A stretch of DNA of 64,000 nucleotides from Podarcis tiliguerta (taxonomy: Eukaryota). The stretch is taken from assembly GCA_965153285.1 (NCBI GenBank), contig OZ229114.1, one strand, 5' to 3'. The position numbers were made by a program, and so were the translations under genes. Every line of letters begins with the position of its first letter. Position 1 is the stretch's first letter. This document shows, piece after piece, positions 50,437 through 62,916 of this stretch. The notes under the pieces were generated by a model. It was not told the origin of the DNA, did no database searches, and saw only the letters and a program-made list of their open reading frames with translations.

Positions 50437-50508
50437 GCAGCTGATGGAAAACCAGATCAGCGTGGTGGAGCGAGGGGTGTTCGACGACATGAAAGAGCTG
50501 GAGCGACT
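50437..50508 (+). CDS. SLIT1: SLIT1 exon 3 (72 bp, one LRR)
   Basis: (L)[23 protein letters not shown](L); cag acceptor, gtgagt donor; phase 2-2. Confidence 0.97.
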
Positions 50509-51502
50509 GTGAGTGTCTCAGGGAACTGATCAAACTACAGAAGCTGGGGGTGGGGGAAAGTATACACACAGAGGGAAAAGATGTGTGTGTGGCACGCGGT
50601 GTAGAGATTTCCCAGCAGAAATTCTGTTTTCTCTCTCCCCTCCATGCAGGCCATTCACAGCCTTGGGATCATGCACTTGGTGGGTTTCTTGGTCCTAGGA
50701 AGTTCAGAGGTGGGACTGGGCCGGGGTGGAAAGAACAGCTCAAAAGCAGTCAGCTCCAGTACCTACACCAAGAACCAGTGCTTCTCCACCCCCACCCTCC
50801 TGCTGACACAAGCAGATGGTGTGAACACTAAGTGTTTTTACACCCAGCCCTGAACAGCCTGGCTGGCATTTACACCCAGATGCTTCCCAGTCTGTTCACC
50901 ATTTCTTTCAGATCTAAAATAATTCTCAGCAGTGTGCGTTCAACGAGGGGCAGTGTTCAAATCAACCCAAGCTGTGTCTGCCTCTTTTCCACACAACAGC
51001 TGTAAATTGTCACCTGCGAAACGTGCTTTTATTGTCTCTGAATATATCTTTCCCTTGTCCTGCCACTGCCAGGGGGAAAGGGTTGTTCCAGTGCAGTCCT
51101 GGGTGAGACTGGCATGCCTAGCATTATGCAGAACATGCTACCCCTTTAATTGGCAATTCCAGGCTAAATGGACTTTCATCAGTATAGAGATATCATACAG
51201 AAACCCCAATCTTCATCCATAAAGCATCATGGGTAATTTATTATTGGAAGTTTAGGCTGCATTGCCTTTTCATTAATCTGTGGCCACCCTCTGAACTTTA
51301 TCCATGTCCTGTACAAATCTGCAAACACCATAATTGGACCTCTGTCTAGTTGTGTCTTGATACTTGGTCCTTTGTATCAGTTGCCCATTCAGATTATTTG
51401 TTCTCCCCCTTCCTTAAAAACAATACTAAATTATATTTTAAAACACATGTAGTTTGCAATCTGAATTTAAAACCCCCCATTAAAACTGCACACATCTGTA
51501 TA

Positions 51503-51716
51503 CAGGTAGGTAGCTGTGTTGGTCTGACGCAGTCGAAATAAATAAACAAACAAATAAACAAACAAATAAATAATGTCCACTAGCTCCTTAGAGAGCAACT
51601 AAGTTTGTTCTGGGTATAAGCTTTCGTGTGCATCTGAAGTGTGCATGCACACGAAAGCTTATACTCAGAACAAACTTAGTTAGTCTCTAAGGTGCTAACC
51701 GGACATTTTTATTTCG
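51503..51716. mobile_element. Penelope-like element terminal fragment in inverted (hairpin) arrangement
   Basis: About 60-bp inverted arms, (TAAA/CAAA)n tract, hammerhead-like core, direct repeat acacatctgt at 51490-51499 and 51717-51726. Confidence 0.75.
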
Positions 51717-52122
51717 ACACATCTGTGTAGTTTACCTGTACATTCCTACGTACCTTTGACAGGATATGTACCCCTCTTCTCTCTTGAAAATACACACTTG
51801 TACCTTTTATCACAAGTATTTTTATGTTCTTAATCTGTAAGGGTGTGCTGAAGCAAATGGAATAGTTGGCTGAAAAATATCGGTCAAGGTTTTAGGGAGG
51901 TATTCTAGTTAAGCTGCGAGATCATTGGGGCACAAGGACTACTAGTGGCATCAACAATACCAAGTGACCTTTAAGCCCGGCTGCTATTGTTGTAGGACAT
52001 ATAGTAAGGTGCAGAACCTGTGGACTCCCAACTCCCATCAACCCAGGCTACCATGACCAGTGATCAGGGATGATGGGAGTCTGTGAATGCTTATGAAACT
52101 TCCTTCCCCTCTGTTTTCCTAG

Positions 52123-52194
52123 ACGTCTGAATCGGAACCAGCTGCACACTTTGCCAGAGCTCCTTTTCCAGAATAACCAAGCATTGTCTCGGCT
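52123..52194 (+). CDS. SLIT1: SLIT1 exon 4 (72 bp, one LRR); gene continues beyond window
   Basis: (L)[23 protein letters not shown](L); tag acceptor, gtaagt donor; phase 2-2. Confidence 0.97.
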
Positions 52195-54001
52195 GTAAGT
52201 ACCTGGGAATATCTTGCATATTGCTTTTGTTTTTTCTGCCCTTTTGAAGAATGATGTTGAGGGAGTGCTGCAAATCTTGAATGGGAAAGCAGCAAGAAAA
52301 CGGTTTTGGGTGTGGTGCACCAATTGCTGTGTACTGGAATTGGCTGATGGGGCTACCTGTACATCAAGGTGTGGATCTGCAGTGTTCCCTGAATGTGTAG
52401 AATGAGAAACGGATCACCTTTGTCCAGTCCACAACTGCCACATCTTGAGATACAGGTCACAAGAGTTTTAAGGCATGGTACAAATTGAGACTGCATGCAC
52501 CCTAACCTGTTCGTAGAACAAAAATGTAGTTTTTCTCAGTCCAGAATCATTCATCCTCATCATCAACATGCCGCTTTCAGTCTTTGATTCTAGATCCTGC
52601 CATTCTCAAGAGGTGTGTGGTTACTTGATACACATTTGAAAACCCTCACCTTGATTAGGTTATCTATGCCTTTTCCTTCCTGCATATGCTCCAGGTAAAT
52701 TAAGTAGGAAGTGGTGACTGCAGCCTTGGTATACACCCACCCACAGTGTTATTGGGCAGGTGTTGATACATTCCCCAATTCATGGGTCTGCTTACATTTC
52801 TCTTCAAATGGACACACTGCATTTCAAATGGAAACAATCTGCAATGAGGTCTCAATCCCCTCTGAATTAAACCAGCTTCTCAAGCAATGTTTTTCAAGGA
52901 AGGCGGAATACGCAATAGATCTAGATTGTATGTGAACTACATAGAAGAAACAAGTACTCAGTCTCCATTGATTCTAGAATAAAATGTTGTGTGTACACAG
53001 CCTGGTATTATTGCCACCTGGGTATGGAAATACCAGTGGGTTCTTGAGATCTTCATACATATCACTTGGAAGCTGAGGACATTATGTGTACTGGGCATTT
53101 CAAAGGTCATGTGTTGCACACAGATGACCACAATCCACCATGAACTGCAGATTTTAGGTGGACTGCATCCTGCTGAATGCCTTCATAGAATAGCAGCAGA
53201 GATATGGAAGTTGATCATTGATCATTTATCTAGAAAGCTTTCCTGTAAAGCAGAGGTGGGGGATATTTTTCAGCTTGAGCGCCATGTTCGTAAGAGGTTG
53301 CTTGCTGGTGCTGGACAGGACCAGAGGCAAAAAGTGGGTGGGCAAGCGGATGTGACTGTTCCCTTTGTATACAGTGGACTTCATTCCAGAAGTCAGAGGT
53401 TTCTACGTCCCAAATTGCATAGGCACCATTAAGCATCCGTTTGTGTCTGTGTACACCTGTATGCCCCACAAAAAAGGGCTGTGATGAGTGATGCAAGAGG
53501 GCTCTTTAGATTTTTGCTTTGCTGAGTTGATTGTGAATCTAAACATTTTGTCTCCCTAGTAGAACAGACAATATATAATCACTTCTGTCCTCCCTTGCTA
53601 ATTACCAAGAGCTAGGAAAGACAGAAAATGAACAACCGTGTCTTTTAAAAATAAAGATTAAAGATAAAATGTTCATGTAAAATAATGAATAAAAGGAAGT
53701 ATAAAATAACATTTCCTTTGTAGACCTGCCTCCTTAAAAGTTCGTGCTAATAACTTGAAATATGCAGTTGCCCATAAAACGTGTTTGTAATTATGTATTT
53801 CTTTATGGCTTCTATAAATACAAAAGTAACAATGACTTGCATAACATGTTTTCTTCTCTGTGCACCGGCAGCTGCTAACAAAACATTATCAAAATCATAG
53901 GGGGTGGGCACCTGCCAAGGCTCATTATCACATGTTGGAGGGATTCAAAAAGGGCTTCTGGCAAAGCTTTTGAGTCAGAAAAAACCACTTGCATTGTTAA
54001 A

Positions 54002-54029
54002 GTGTGTGTGTGTGTGTGTGTGTGTGTGT
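54002..54029. repeat. (GT)n microsatellite
   Basis: Read directly. Confidence 0.95.
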
Positions 54030-55899
54030 ATTTGTGTGTGGGCACAAACACAGAAGGTAGAAGCATTAGCAGAGATGACAGCTTGCAATAGGAGAACTAC
54101 TAGTAGAAACAAATGAATTACTTAAGCTGAGTTTTTGGCTTGGAATACTTTTTGTTTTTTAGCTTTTGTAGAGGTTGGCGGATAACCATGAGTCATTTCA
54201 TTTTTTCCTGTCTTATTTCCCTTCCCCATCTTCACTTATCCAGGCTTGCCTGATTTTTAAAGACCACTTTCTAGAGGCTGGTGGAAGGGCTTTCAGATCT
54301 CATTTAAGAACAGAAGTTCATACAACCACAATGAAAAGATTTTAAATCATCACAAGTGTTCTTGTAAAAATTATATGCTGGTATACATTCTCCCAACCCA
54401 CACAGAATGAGGGTCCTTACTGTGTCAGAGGTAGCCAATGTGATGCCTTGCAGATATTTCTGGCCTACAGCTCCCATCATTCCTGGCTATTGGCTACACT
54501 GGCTGGGGCTGGTGGAAGTTGGAGTATGATAACATTGGGAAGGCGCCATCTTGTCTACCTGAGTTATAAGGGGAAGGGATGGGCTGCAGTGCATCAGAGA
54601 GTAGTTAAATTTTATCCTCATTTTGTATCCTTCACTTACGCATGGCCTTTCTAATGACATATGAGTTTCTTAGAGAGATTAAAAACTAATGAAGATCAGA
54701 AAATCAACATGTATTAGCTTCAAATGCTTACTTACATTGTCCCTTGCTGGAGGCTATGAATATGTGGCAGGGTACAGATGTCTAAAGCCATATTCTTCAG
54801 ATCAAGTGTCTGAAATGGACCCCTGTCAGAGCTAAGGAAGACAAGCCATTAGACTTAACACAGTAATGTTGTCATTTCATTTTTACCCATGCAAACCAGA
54901 CTCTGCAGAGTGCCTGGAATTATATTGGGAAGAGGTGAAAAGCCCAGTTGGAGAAGCCCATATGATCACAGCACAGTATCCTCAGCCAGTGGGTGGCATT
55001 CTGTGACTAGAGAAAGAGCACAGCCGTGTAAGGGAAGCAGAGGTTTCAGAGAATAAGTGTTTGCTTCCCTTCCCTCTCCCAACATTTTAAGGAGTGCCAG
55101 GTTGATTCCTGAGGAATGTCAGCTTGGCCTGGTTTATTCGGGGCTCCAATCCCAAGAACAAGGACAGGAGGCATGTGAAGATATTTCCCACTGGCCTCCG
55201 GGACATGCTTCTCATCCAGATGCAAGACCTTAGGAATGAGTGTGAAAGGAAGTACCAAGGAGATGGTTTCCTCTGTTTTATATGTGATTATAAAAGGACA
55301 AGAGAGGGGATAAGCCTGTGCCAAGCCCCCTAAAAGGCACGGTTTCTGAGGCAGCCGTTACCATGGCAGCTGATGGCTTGATCTAGCTAATTGCCATTGA
55401 CTGTCGACTTTGCTTCTTCAAGCTGTTAAACAGTTATTCACTGTTGTTGGACAGTGTGCCCCCACAACTGGGTACCCCCCCCCTCCCTGAACGATGTATC
55501 CCCAAGTCAGAACAGACCCATTGAAATCATTGTCCTTGACTAAGTCAAGTGCATTGATTTCAGTGGATCTACTCAGAGAATGGCTTAGTTGGATGTGAAT
55601 TTCCATAAATAAAAATGTAGACATTCGTGAGTTTGCATGAGGGGCTCCAGAGCATATGTGCACACAAGTGCACACTCACAAACCCACACATAAAACCAGG
55701 GTGTCACGCTAACTATGAAGTTCTGGATGGATTAAACCCTGCAGTGCAAAGCTACTTCTTCCCTACCTGATCTGGCCTGGATGTGATTAATTTTCAACCT
55801 TCTGTTAGATGTAGCAGATACACACAATATTTATATTATTTCATTATATTATATTATATCACAAGGCATTTCAGTGAAAGGCAGTGGCACACAACCCTA

Positions 55900-56370
55900 T
55901 TTCTTGGTGACATCTAAATCAGATATGAGGCTGTGCAAGCTCTGGGCCAGTGTCTGGATGCAGTGGTGGACCTGCAGGAGGGCTAATGAATTCTGTTGGA
56001 ATCCTGAGAAGATGGAGGCTCTTTTGGTACCCCTGGATGTATCTTTGTCCCTAGAGGCTCAAGTGTCCTCTCTGGCTAGGAGTGCCTTCTACCAGCTTCA
56101 TCTGGTTCACCAGGTATGGCCGTTCCTGGTCAGGGACAGCCGACTTCTATAGTTCATATGTTGGTAACCTCAAGTCTTAATTACTACAATATGCTGTACG
56201 TGGGGCTGCCCTTGGGCCTTGTCTGTGGTGGCTAAACTGCTGATGGGGGCAAATAGGTGACAACATGTTACACTGTTGTTAAAATCTCTGCAGAAGCTGC
56301 ATATCTGCTACCTAGCCAGGTTCAATGTTTCTTGTATTAATTTACAAAGCTCAGAAAAACTTGGGATGAA
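55900..56370 (+). mobile_element. Decayed L2 ORF2 fragment (post-RT region)
   Basis: RANEFCWNPEKME, LDVSLSLEAQVSSLARSAFYQLHLV and LVTSSLNYYNMLYVGLP correspond to the L2 motifs LKLNPDKTE, ARSAFYQL and TSRLDYCN. Confidence 0.82.
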
Positions 56371-57269
56371 ATAGAGGAGATGGTGGCTATGATGCCCCGT
56401 GTCAAGGAAATGGTGACGGGGGAGGTAGAGGATTCCCTCCCTTATTGTTGGGGTGGGCCAGCCATGTCTGCCTGGTTCTGAGTTTTTAAAAAAATGATGT
56501 GCACGCTTAAGCCCTTGGTCTAGAATGAAGGAATGCAAGTGGTCAAATAAGCTGAGAATTGCATATACAACTTGGGGGGGGGTTGTCCCTGTTTGGGGGG
56601 ACAAATGTTAAGTATCATGAGCTTCCGCATACCTAAGTTTCCCTTGGGTATGCTGTAACCTTTGATTTGTTTGTAGGAAGAAGCATTATCCTTTCATAGT
56701 CATTGGCACAGGGCCACTCAAATTCAGTATTGGAGGACTTTGTAATGTTTGCTGCCATGGAACAACTGTAGAACTCAACATTCATATTTCACAGTCTGAT
56801 AATTTTCCAAAAAGACACACAGATCACACTAGGTGTACAAGAACTGAGGCTGCCAGAAGTGTGTCTTTCAGAAATATAGGTACTTTCCTTTAGGTGTTTC
56901 GGGTATTCATAGCTCTTTGAGAACCTTTCTTCATTCGGCCATGATGCTCCCTCTCCTGGAAGGACTCCCTTGGTTGTTGTATTTCTTCCTTATTTATTGT
57001 GTTTAAGGTGTGGTATCTCTGGAATAAAAAATCTTACAGATCTGAGGCGAGTTGTTAAAAAAATTAGGACATCCTTGTATATGCTTCAGTCTCAGATATT
57101 AAGGAAATCATAGAAGAGACTTATAAGTATGTCCCCAACTCTCTTTTAAAAAATGCAAATAGAAAAACCAACATCTTTAGCTCACATTAGCAAAAAATAA
57201 TAAGTCGTCAGTCCTGCTTTAAACATTAATATAAACAGTCCAACTAGATCCCCAAATGAGATTAATGAT

Positions 57270-57685
57270 AGGTAAGATAAAACTTTATTCGCATTAGCCA
57301 ATGGCCATAGTAACAGTATAACATTACAGTATACTCAGAAAAGGAAATTTGATATAAGAGCACAATTTAAAGTCCTAAATCAGCTGTCAGTTAGTGGCCC
57401 TTATTCTGATTGCCCCTGCTATGAACCTAGCAACCTTGGCTGTTATCTGCTCATTTTGATCTGATAGAAGAAAGGACATTGTGGCAGTGGTTGAGCACCC
57501 TGGGATGGTTAGTATGAGTGGAGTGATGATCTTGTTCCTCAGGTCTTTGTAGAGAGTACAAGACAAGAGGACGTCTGCCGCTGTTTCAGTGCTACGATCT
57601 CCACGGGGGCAAAGACGTTTCTCAGGTGGGATCTTTTGGAATCTACCTTCAAGTAGCGCAGATGGAAAAACATGATATATGTTCA
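57270..57685 (-). mobile_element. Non-LTR retrotransposon 3' end (RTE-X-like) with degenerate CCHC zinc knuckle
   Basis: Minus ORF EGRFQKIPPEKRLCPRGDRSTETAADVLLSCTLYKDLR..., then a stop, a short 3' UTR and AATAAA on the minus strand near 57285. Confidence 0.72.
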
Positions 57686-58576
57686 AATGTAGAAAAGGCT
57701 TTGAGTATGTGTGTCTTCATGTGGTGCAGTATTTGCCTTTTGGCATTTCAGGCCTGGTGGCAACACCAGTGCATTAGCTGATGTATATTTAGCTGGACCC
57801 CGTGTCTTAGGTGCTGTGGGATATTTAAGTTCTGTCACTGAACTTAAGTCACTTTGGAAAGAAGGATGCCAGGGGTGCTGTAGGCGGTGGCCTGTGGAAA
57901 AACACTGCCCAGTTCGCTGGCTGGTCACAGAGTAGCTTCCTCACAACTATCACACCTCTCCCACTTTTAGGACATAGGCTCAACCAGTCAGAGAAACCAA
58001 ATGCATAAGCTGTGAGACAGCATGCCCACAGTCTGGTAATGGTACCTCTTTAAAATTAAGTTACAGACATTGCTATAGGTCCTGGGTTATAGATGTGTGT
58101 GGAAATGGCACACAAGTATATGCTGGCCGGAACTAATGCTGCATCAAGGTCACCTCTGGATTTTACATTAGAAATAAAACAATTAAGATAATTATTGTAG
58201 AGCAGAATTCTGCCCCCTCCCTTAATCGGCTCTGTCTTTAATGCCATCCTTGTAAACCCAAATCTCATCAACAGAAGATGGATGTGGGAGGGAGGAATGT
58301 TTAGGAGACTCCCTCATATTTCCTTCCTTTGTTGGCCAAGAGGTAAAACAGCTAGACAGAGGCAAGGGGGAGTGGATGGTAGAGGAGGGATCCTAGTCTT
58401 AGAAGATTGGCTCTTCACAGTTTCTGACCATTTCCCACATCACCTTTAGTTCCCTGTCACATTTTAAGCTTTGTGTTGTTCTTTTATAGAGAACAACTAT
58501 GTACAGTGCTTGGAACTTCTATATTGACTTGTCCTGACTACATGGAGAGTATCCATGCCTTTAATCCATGCCTTTA

Positions 58577-58855
58577 ACACTGAGGTCCAGCTCCGAGGGC
58601 CTTCTGGCGGTTCCCTCACTGCGAGAGGCCAAGTTACAGGGAACCAGGCAGAGGGCCTTCTTGGTAGTGGCGCCCGCCCTGTGGAACGTCTTCCCATCAG
58701 ATGTCAAAGCGATAAACAACTACCTGACATTCAGAAGACATCTGAATTCAGAGAAGTTTTTAATATGTGACATTTTAGTGTATTTTTCATCTTTGTTGCA
58801 AGCCGCCCAGAGTGGCTGGGGAAACCCAGCCAGATGGATGGGGTACAAATAATAA

Positions 58856-58886
<31 letters not shown>
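58577..58886 (+). mobile_element. L2-clade LINE 3' end (young, 5'-truncated) with (TTA)n tail
   Basis: Encodes LRSSSEGLLAVPSLREAKLQGTRQRAFLVVAPALWNVFP..., the L2 ORF2 C-terminal RAFSxxAPxLWNxLP motif, then GCCGCCCAGAGTGGCTGGGG 3' UTR and TTA repeats. Confidence 0.88.
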
Positions 58887-58887
<1 letters not shown>

Positions 58888-59851
58888 ATTGAATGTTTCT
58901 GCAAGTATTTGCTGTTGGTGTGGAAATTCTCCTTGGAATTGGGACGGTCATAAGGACAAGCTGTCCAACATATTAGAGCTGGGCAGGGAGAAAAGCATCG
59001 TCCTTCATGGACCGTGGTAAAGAAAATGAGCAGCGAGCCCAGAAATTCATTAGTTTAGCCCACAACCCAGCTATGAATATATTGGGTGATGTTAAGCAGG
59101 CCACTACAATATTCCAAGTTTGAAGCACTACTGTCCCCCAACTCACATTTATAATATGAGGAGGATAATACTGACCCCGATGTGCTGCCAGACTCAAAGC
59201 CTGGAGTGACTCCTTGTGTTCTGACTTTCAGTGAGTTGTGTATGGAGTTCTCCTCTGATGTTTACTCCTGTCCACTCTCCTATGGATCATTCCAGCCTTA
59301 ATATCCTGTACTAGTCATAAAATGCCTTCTGCGGTTTATTGTTTTCTCCTATAACACAAATAGTATTTTCCCACCATGACGATGATGAATTCGGTTAGGG
59401 TGAAACCGAGCCTGGTGCATTTAAATCAACTCTGAGCACCAGCAGGAATGACAGCCTTAAACTGCGGTTACCATGCCTTGCATGGGAAATCTTGGTCGCA
59501 CAGCTGGAAGTGGTGTCACCCTACAAGCCAGCTGTCCTCCCATCATGCCCTTTACGAGTCTCGTTTTAGAGGATGGCCCTTTATTCCTCGCAGTCTCTTT
59601 GAATACAAAGGATGCCCCCTTTTTCAGTTATGAATGTTTCTCAAGGCTATTATTAAGTGGCAAACAAGCTGGTTTGACTGTAACAGTTTCCCTCAAGAGA
59701 CCTTCGGGGTGTTCTTGAATAATTCCCAGCATCTATACAAAATTACATTTCACAGGAGAAATCATGATAGTTCAAAACCTGTTGAGATTTGTAATGTAAT
59801 CTTAATGATCACTTTTGCAAATGACATTTTTTAAAAAATATCAGTCCTAGG

Positions 59852-59983
59852 CAGTGTTTTTTTTCTGGGGGGAATGCAGGGGAACACATACCCCTAAACA
59901 TTTTGTGAATCTAAGTTTGGCCTCAATAGGAGTAGGAAAATGAGAGTACCCCTAAACATATTTTTAAAGAAAAAAAAGCACTG
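59852..59983. mobile_element. hAT-type MITE
   Basis: TIRs CAGTGTTTTTTTTTCT and AGAAAAAAAAGCACTG; perfect 8-bp TSD gtcctagg; internal repeat TACCCCTAAACAT twice. Confidence 0.9.
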
Positions 59984-62881
59984 GTCCTAGGTATGTGGCT
60001 CCCGTTAGTTGAAGTCTGCTCTAAGCCTTTGGCCTGTAATTGTGATTGTTTGCTGTGGCCAGGTAGGCAGATTGAGAGGGCGTCTTGTGGCAGTGGGAAA
60101 TTTCTCTCTCTCTACCTCATGGACCTTTGTGTAAAAGGACTAAGACTTCAGTCAACTACCCACTTACCAGAACTCAATGGGACTTCCTTCCAAGTGCGGT
60201 GAGTCTTTTAAAAGAGGGCCCCGTGGAACATGTGTACTCTGTATCCACAGGGCCTCTTTTAAAGGACTCACCCTGTATAAGGCTGTACCACTGTGGGGGA
60301 GCAGGCTGTGTCAGCTAATGGGCAAGACAGTGGTGTGTTTAGATTAAAGGAAAAGTTTCAGTGGGGAAAGCACAGTGTGGAGAGAAGATGGTGCTTGGGG
60401 GAAAGGATCCGAGGCAGGACTCAAGTCATCAGCTCCAAGGAAGGGTACCTGCTAATGCTGATCAGTAACCTGCATTTGAACTCAGAATTCACCAGTCTGC
60501 ATGTCTGGATTTGGATATGGACATGTCTTTTGGGGCATTCTTTCTACAAGGCATATTTCATCTAGTGCTAATGCCCATGTGGGTTGCACAGATTTTTCCC
60601 TGTGAACTTTGTGTACATTCATCTCCGCATATGCATGAATGCTTTGAATTGAACTCTGCGCTAGTAGACTGTGCTTGATGAGGTGTATTTACCCGATGTT
60701 GCCGTTCCCTCCCCTCAATTAGTATTTCCCTACCCTCCTTAAGTTCTGAAAACCTGAGGTCCATTGTGGACATGCATGAAGGCATTTGTTTATGTGTTTT
60801 CATCTATACTTTATTATTTATTTATTTATTTGAGATACAGGTTTTCCAACATACCAGATTTGCCCAAAATACTAGGTTACAGTTTTGTTTTGTTTTGTTT
60901 TGTGTATGCATGTGTATGTTCAGCCTGACCTGGCCCCACCAGTAACCCACCCTCTCTGAGTTCTGGAAAGCTGAGGTCCATTCACACAGGTATCATGGGT
61001 ACAAAATAGTGGGTTAAAGAATACAAAGTAAATAGGTGTGTGTCCTGACCAGCCCCACCAACAGCCTACAAAGGAGTGACTCACCAACAGGGGGTGTGAT
61101 GATAGGTGACGGAAAACACCCTACCCACACAATGTGCTTCCATACATCCACAGTTGGGTAACATGCAATTTTATGTTGGATTTCCCTCCTTAGGAAAATC
61201 CAAATTAAATGGGGTGGGGTGGGGTGGGATGGGATGGGGTGAGATGGGGAGAGTATGGACTACTACTTGAATAAGAGCAACGTTGTATGGATGACGCAAA
61301 AGATATGGACATGTGGGGTGCATCAAATCTACTTTAAACTGTTGTGTGGACACTGCTAGAGAGTCCTATAGCACTATAAAGACTTGTCGTTTTCCATGCC
61401 TCAGACTATCATGGCTGCCTCTCCCGAAGTTGCTCTTTCCTAACTGCTGTTGCATCATTGACTATCTTCATGGTTTATGTGTGGTGTAGTTGTTTTGATT
61501 TAGGTCCCTCATTCCCTTTAAGATGGCATATATAGGTCTACGGTATTTTGTCACCACAGGAAACCTGTGAGGTAGGTTAGGCTGAGAGGTGGTGATTTAC
61601 CAAAGGTGTCCTTAAACCTATGCTCTTTGTCCTCTGGAGAGTATCTCATTAAGTAGCCTTGGTGCCTGAAAATGGTGCTTAGTTGATATTTTGCTGGAGA
61701 GCACCTGACCTTGCTGACCCTGCCTCAAATGGGGTTTAATTAAACTGTCAGCACTGGACGGAGGAACAAAGGGCCAGGCCTCCCCCACTTCCCCCCAGTC
61801 TCACACTAGCAGGAGGGCAGTGTCACTGTGAAAATGAAGAGCTGTTAAAAATGAATCTTGTTTCCCATCAAGGAAAATTACCAAGGCGGGAAGGTGACCT
61901 TGGCAATCATGCAGCCAAATACATTTCCATCGCTCTCCTCCTTGCTATGCATATAGTTGGTGACCCACAGTGATGTCCGAAAGATAGGCAAAAGTGGTGA
62001 CAGGGAGAGAAAATTGTGGAGATAAAACAATGTAGGTTTCAAGATACAAGTTGCTTGTTATTCCTTGCCGGCCTGGCCACAGAGTATGATCGTCTGTCTC
62101 CTTGCTCTCTTGACTCTACAGCTGTTTTATCCAGCTACTCTATACAAGGCAGCATTACTGTTTTCGTCCACACCATGTGAATGACAATGCTGTGCCTCCA
62201 TCTCTGTGGACACTCACAGCACTCCTGTCCACATTCACAGTCTTCCAAATAAGGATCAAACTAGACATTACACCACAAACTTGCGTAACAGTCACTTTCT
62301 CTGAGGTAGGTAGACAGAATGGATATAGCTATAGGTATATCAACCATCGAGGCTTCATGTTCGAGCGAAGGACTGGCAAGGCGGGGTCTGCTTAATCTTT
62401 TCTCCCTCTGCTCAAGATTCACCCTCCCTCAGCAGCTTTGCCACCTATGGGGAAAGGACATAGATACCTCTTTTCATCACAGGAGAGGTAATTTTGAATG
62501 GGGAAAATGGCTGGAGGGCAGAAGGTGAAGCATTCCCCCCCCCCTTGCTGTATCTTCACGGAAGATTGCAGCCGCCTGTGACTCCTTTTTATTCTTTTAC
62601 TTAGAAACAAACAAACCCAGTCTGCTGTGTGACTTCTAAGATTATTGTTCTGGAATCCATACAATTTGTCGCTATCGTGATCAGAATGAGTTCCTTTTAA
62701 AGGAAGCAAATAGGAAACCTGGTTAACTAAGCCTATAAATGTCACTGGGCTGCCATTTCAATTGGTTTAGCCTATAGCCACTCAATAGTATTATGAAAGC
62801 CAAATGTCTGAACCACCAGTTCCATTAAGAGGATATAGTTTTATCGTAGAATTGGGGACACATGGCAGTATAGCCACTTTT

Positions 62882-62915
62882 CTGAAGCTAAGCAGGTCTG
62901 GTCAGTTCCTGAATG
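62882..62915 (+). mobile_element. 5S rRNA-derived repeat fragment, continuing at 63189-63199 after the inserted SINE
   Basis: ctgaagctaagcag-gtctggtcagttcctgaatg|gcagattgcct resembles the 5S internal control region GAAGCTAAGCAGGGTCGGGCCTGGTTAGTACTTGGATGGGAGACCGCCT. Confidence 0.65.
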
Positions 62916-62916
62916 A

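Noticed and set aside
62882-62915. Possible 5S rRNA gene
   Set aside because: Partial, internally deleted, diverged and interrupted by a SINE.
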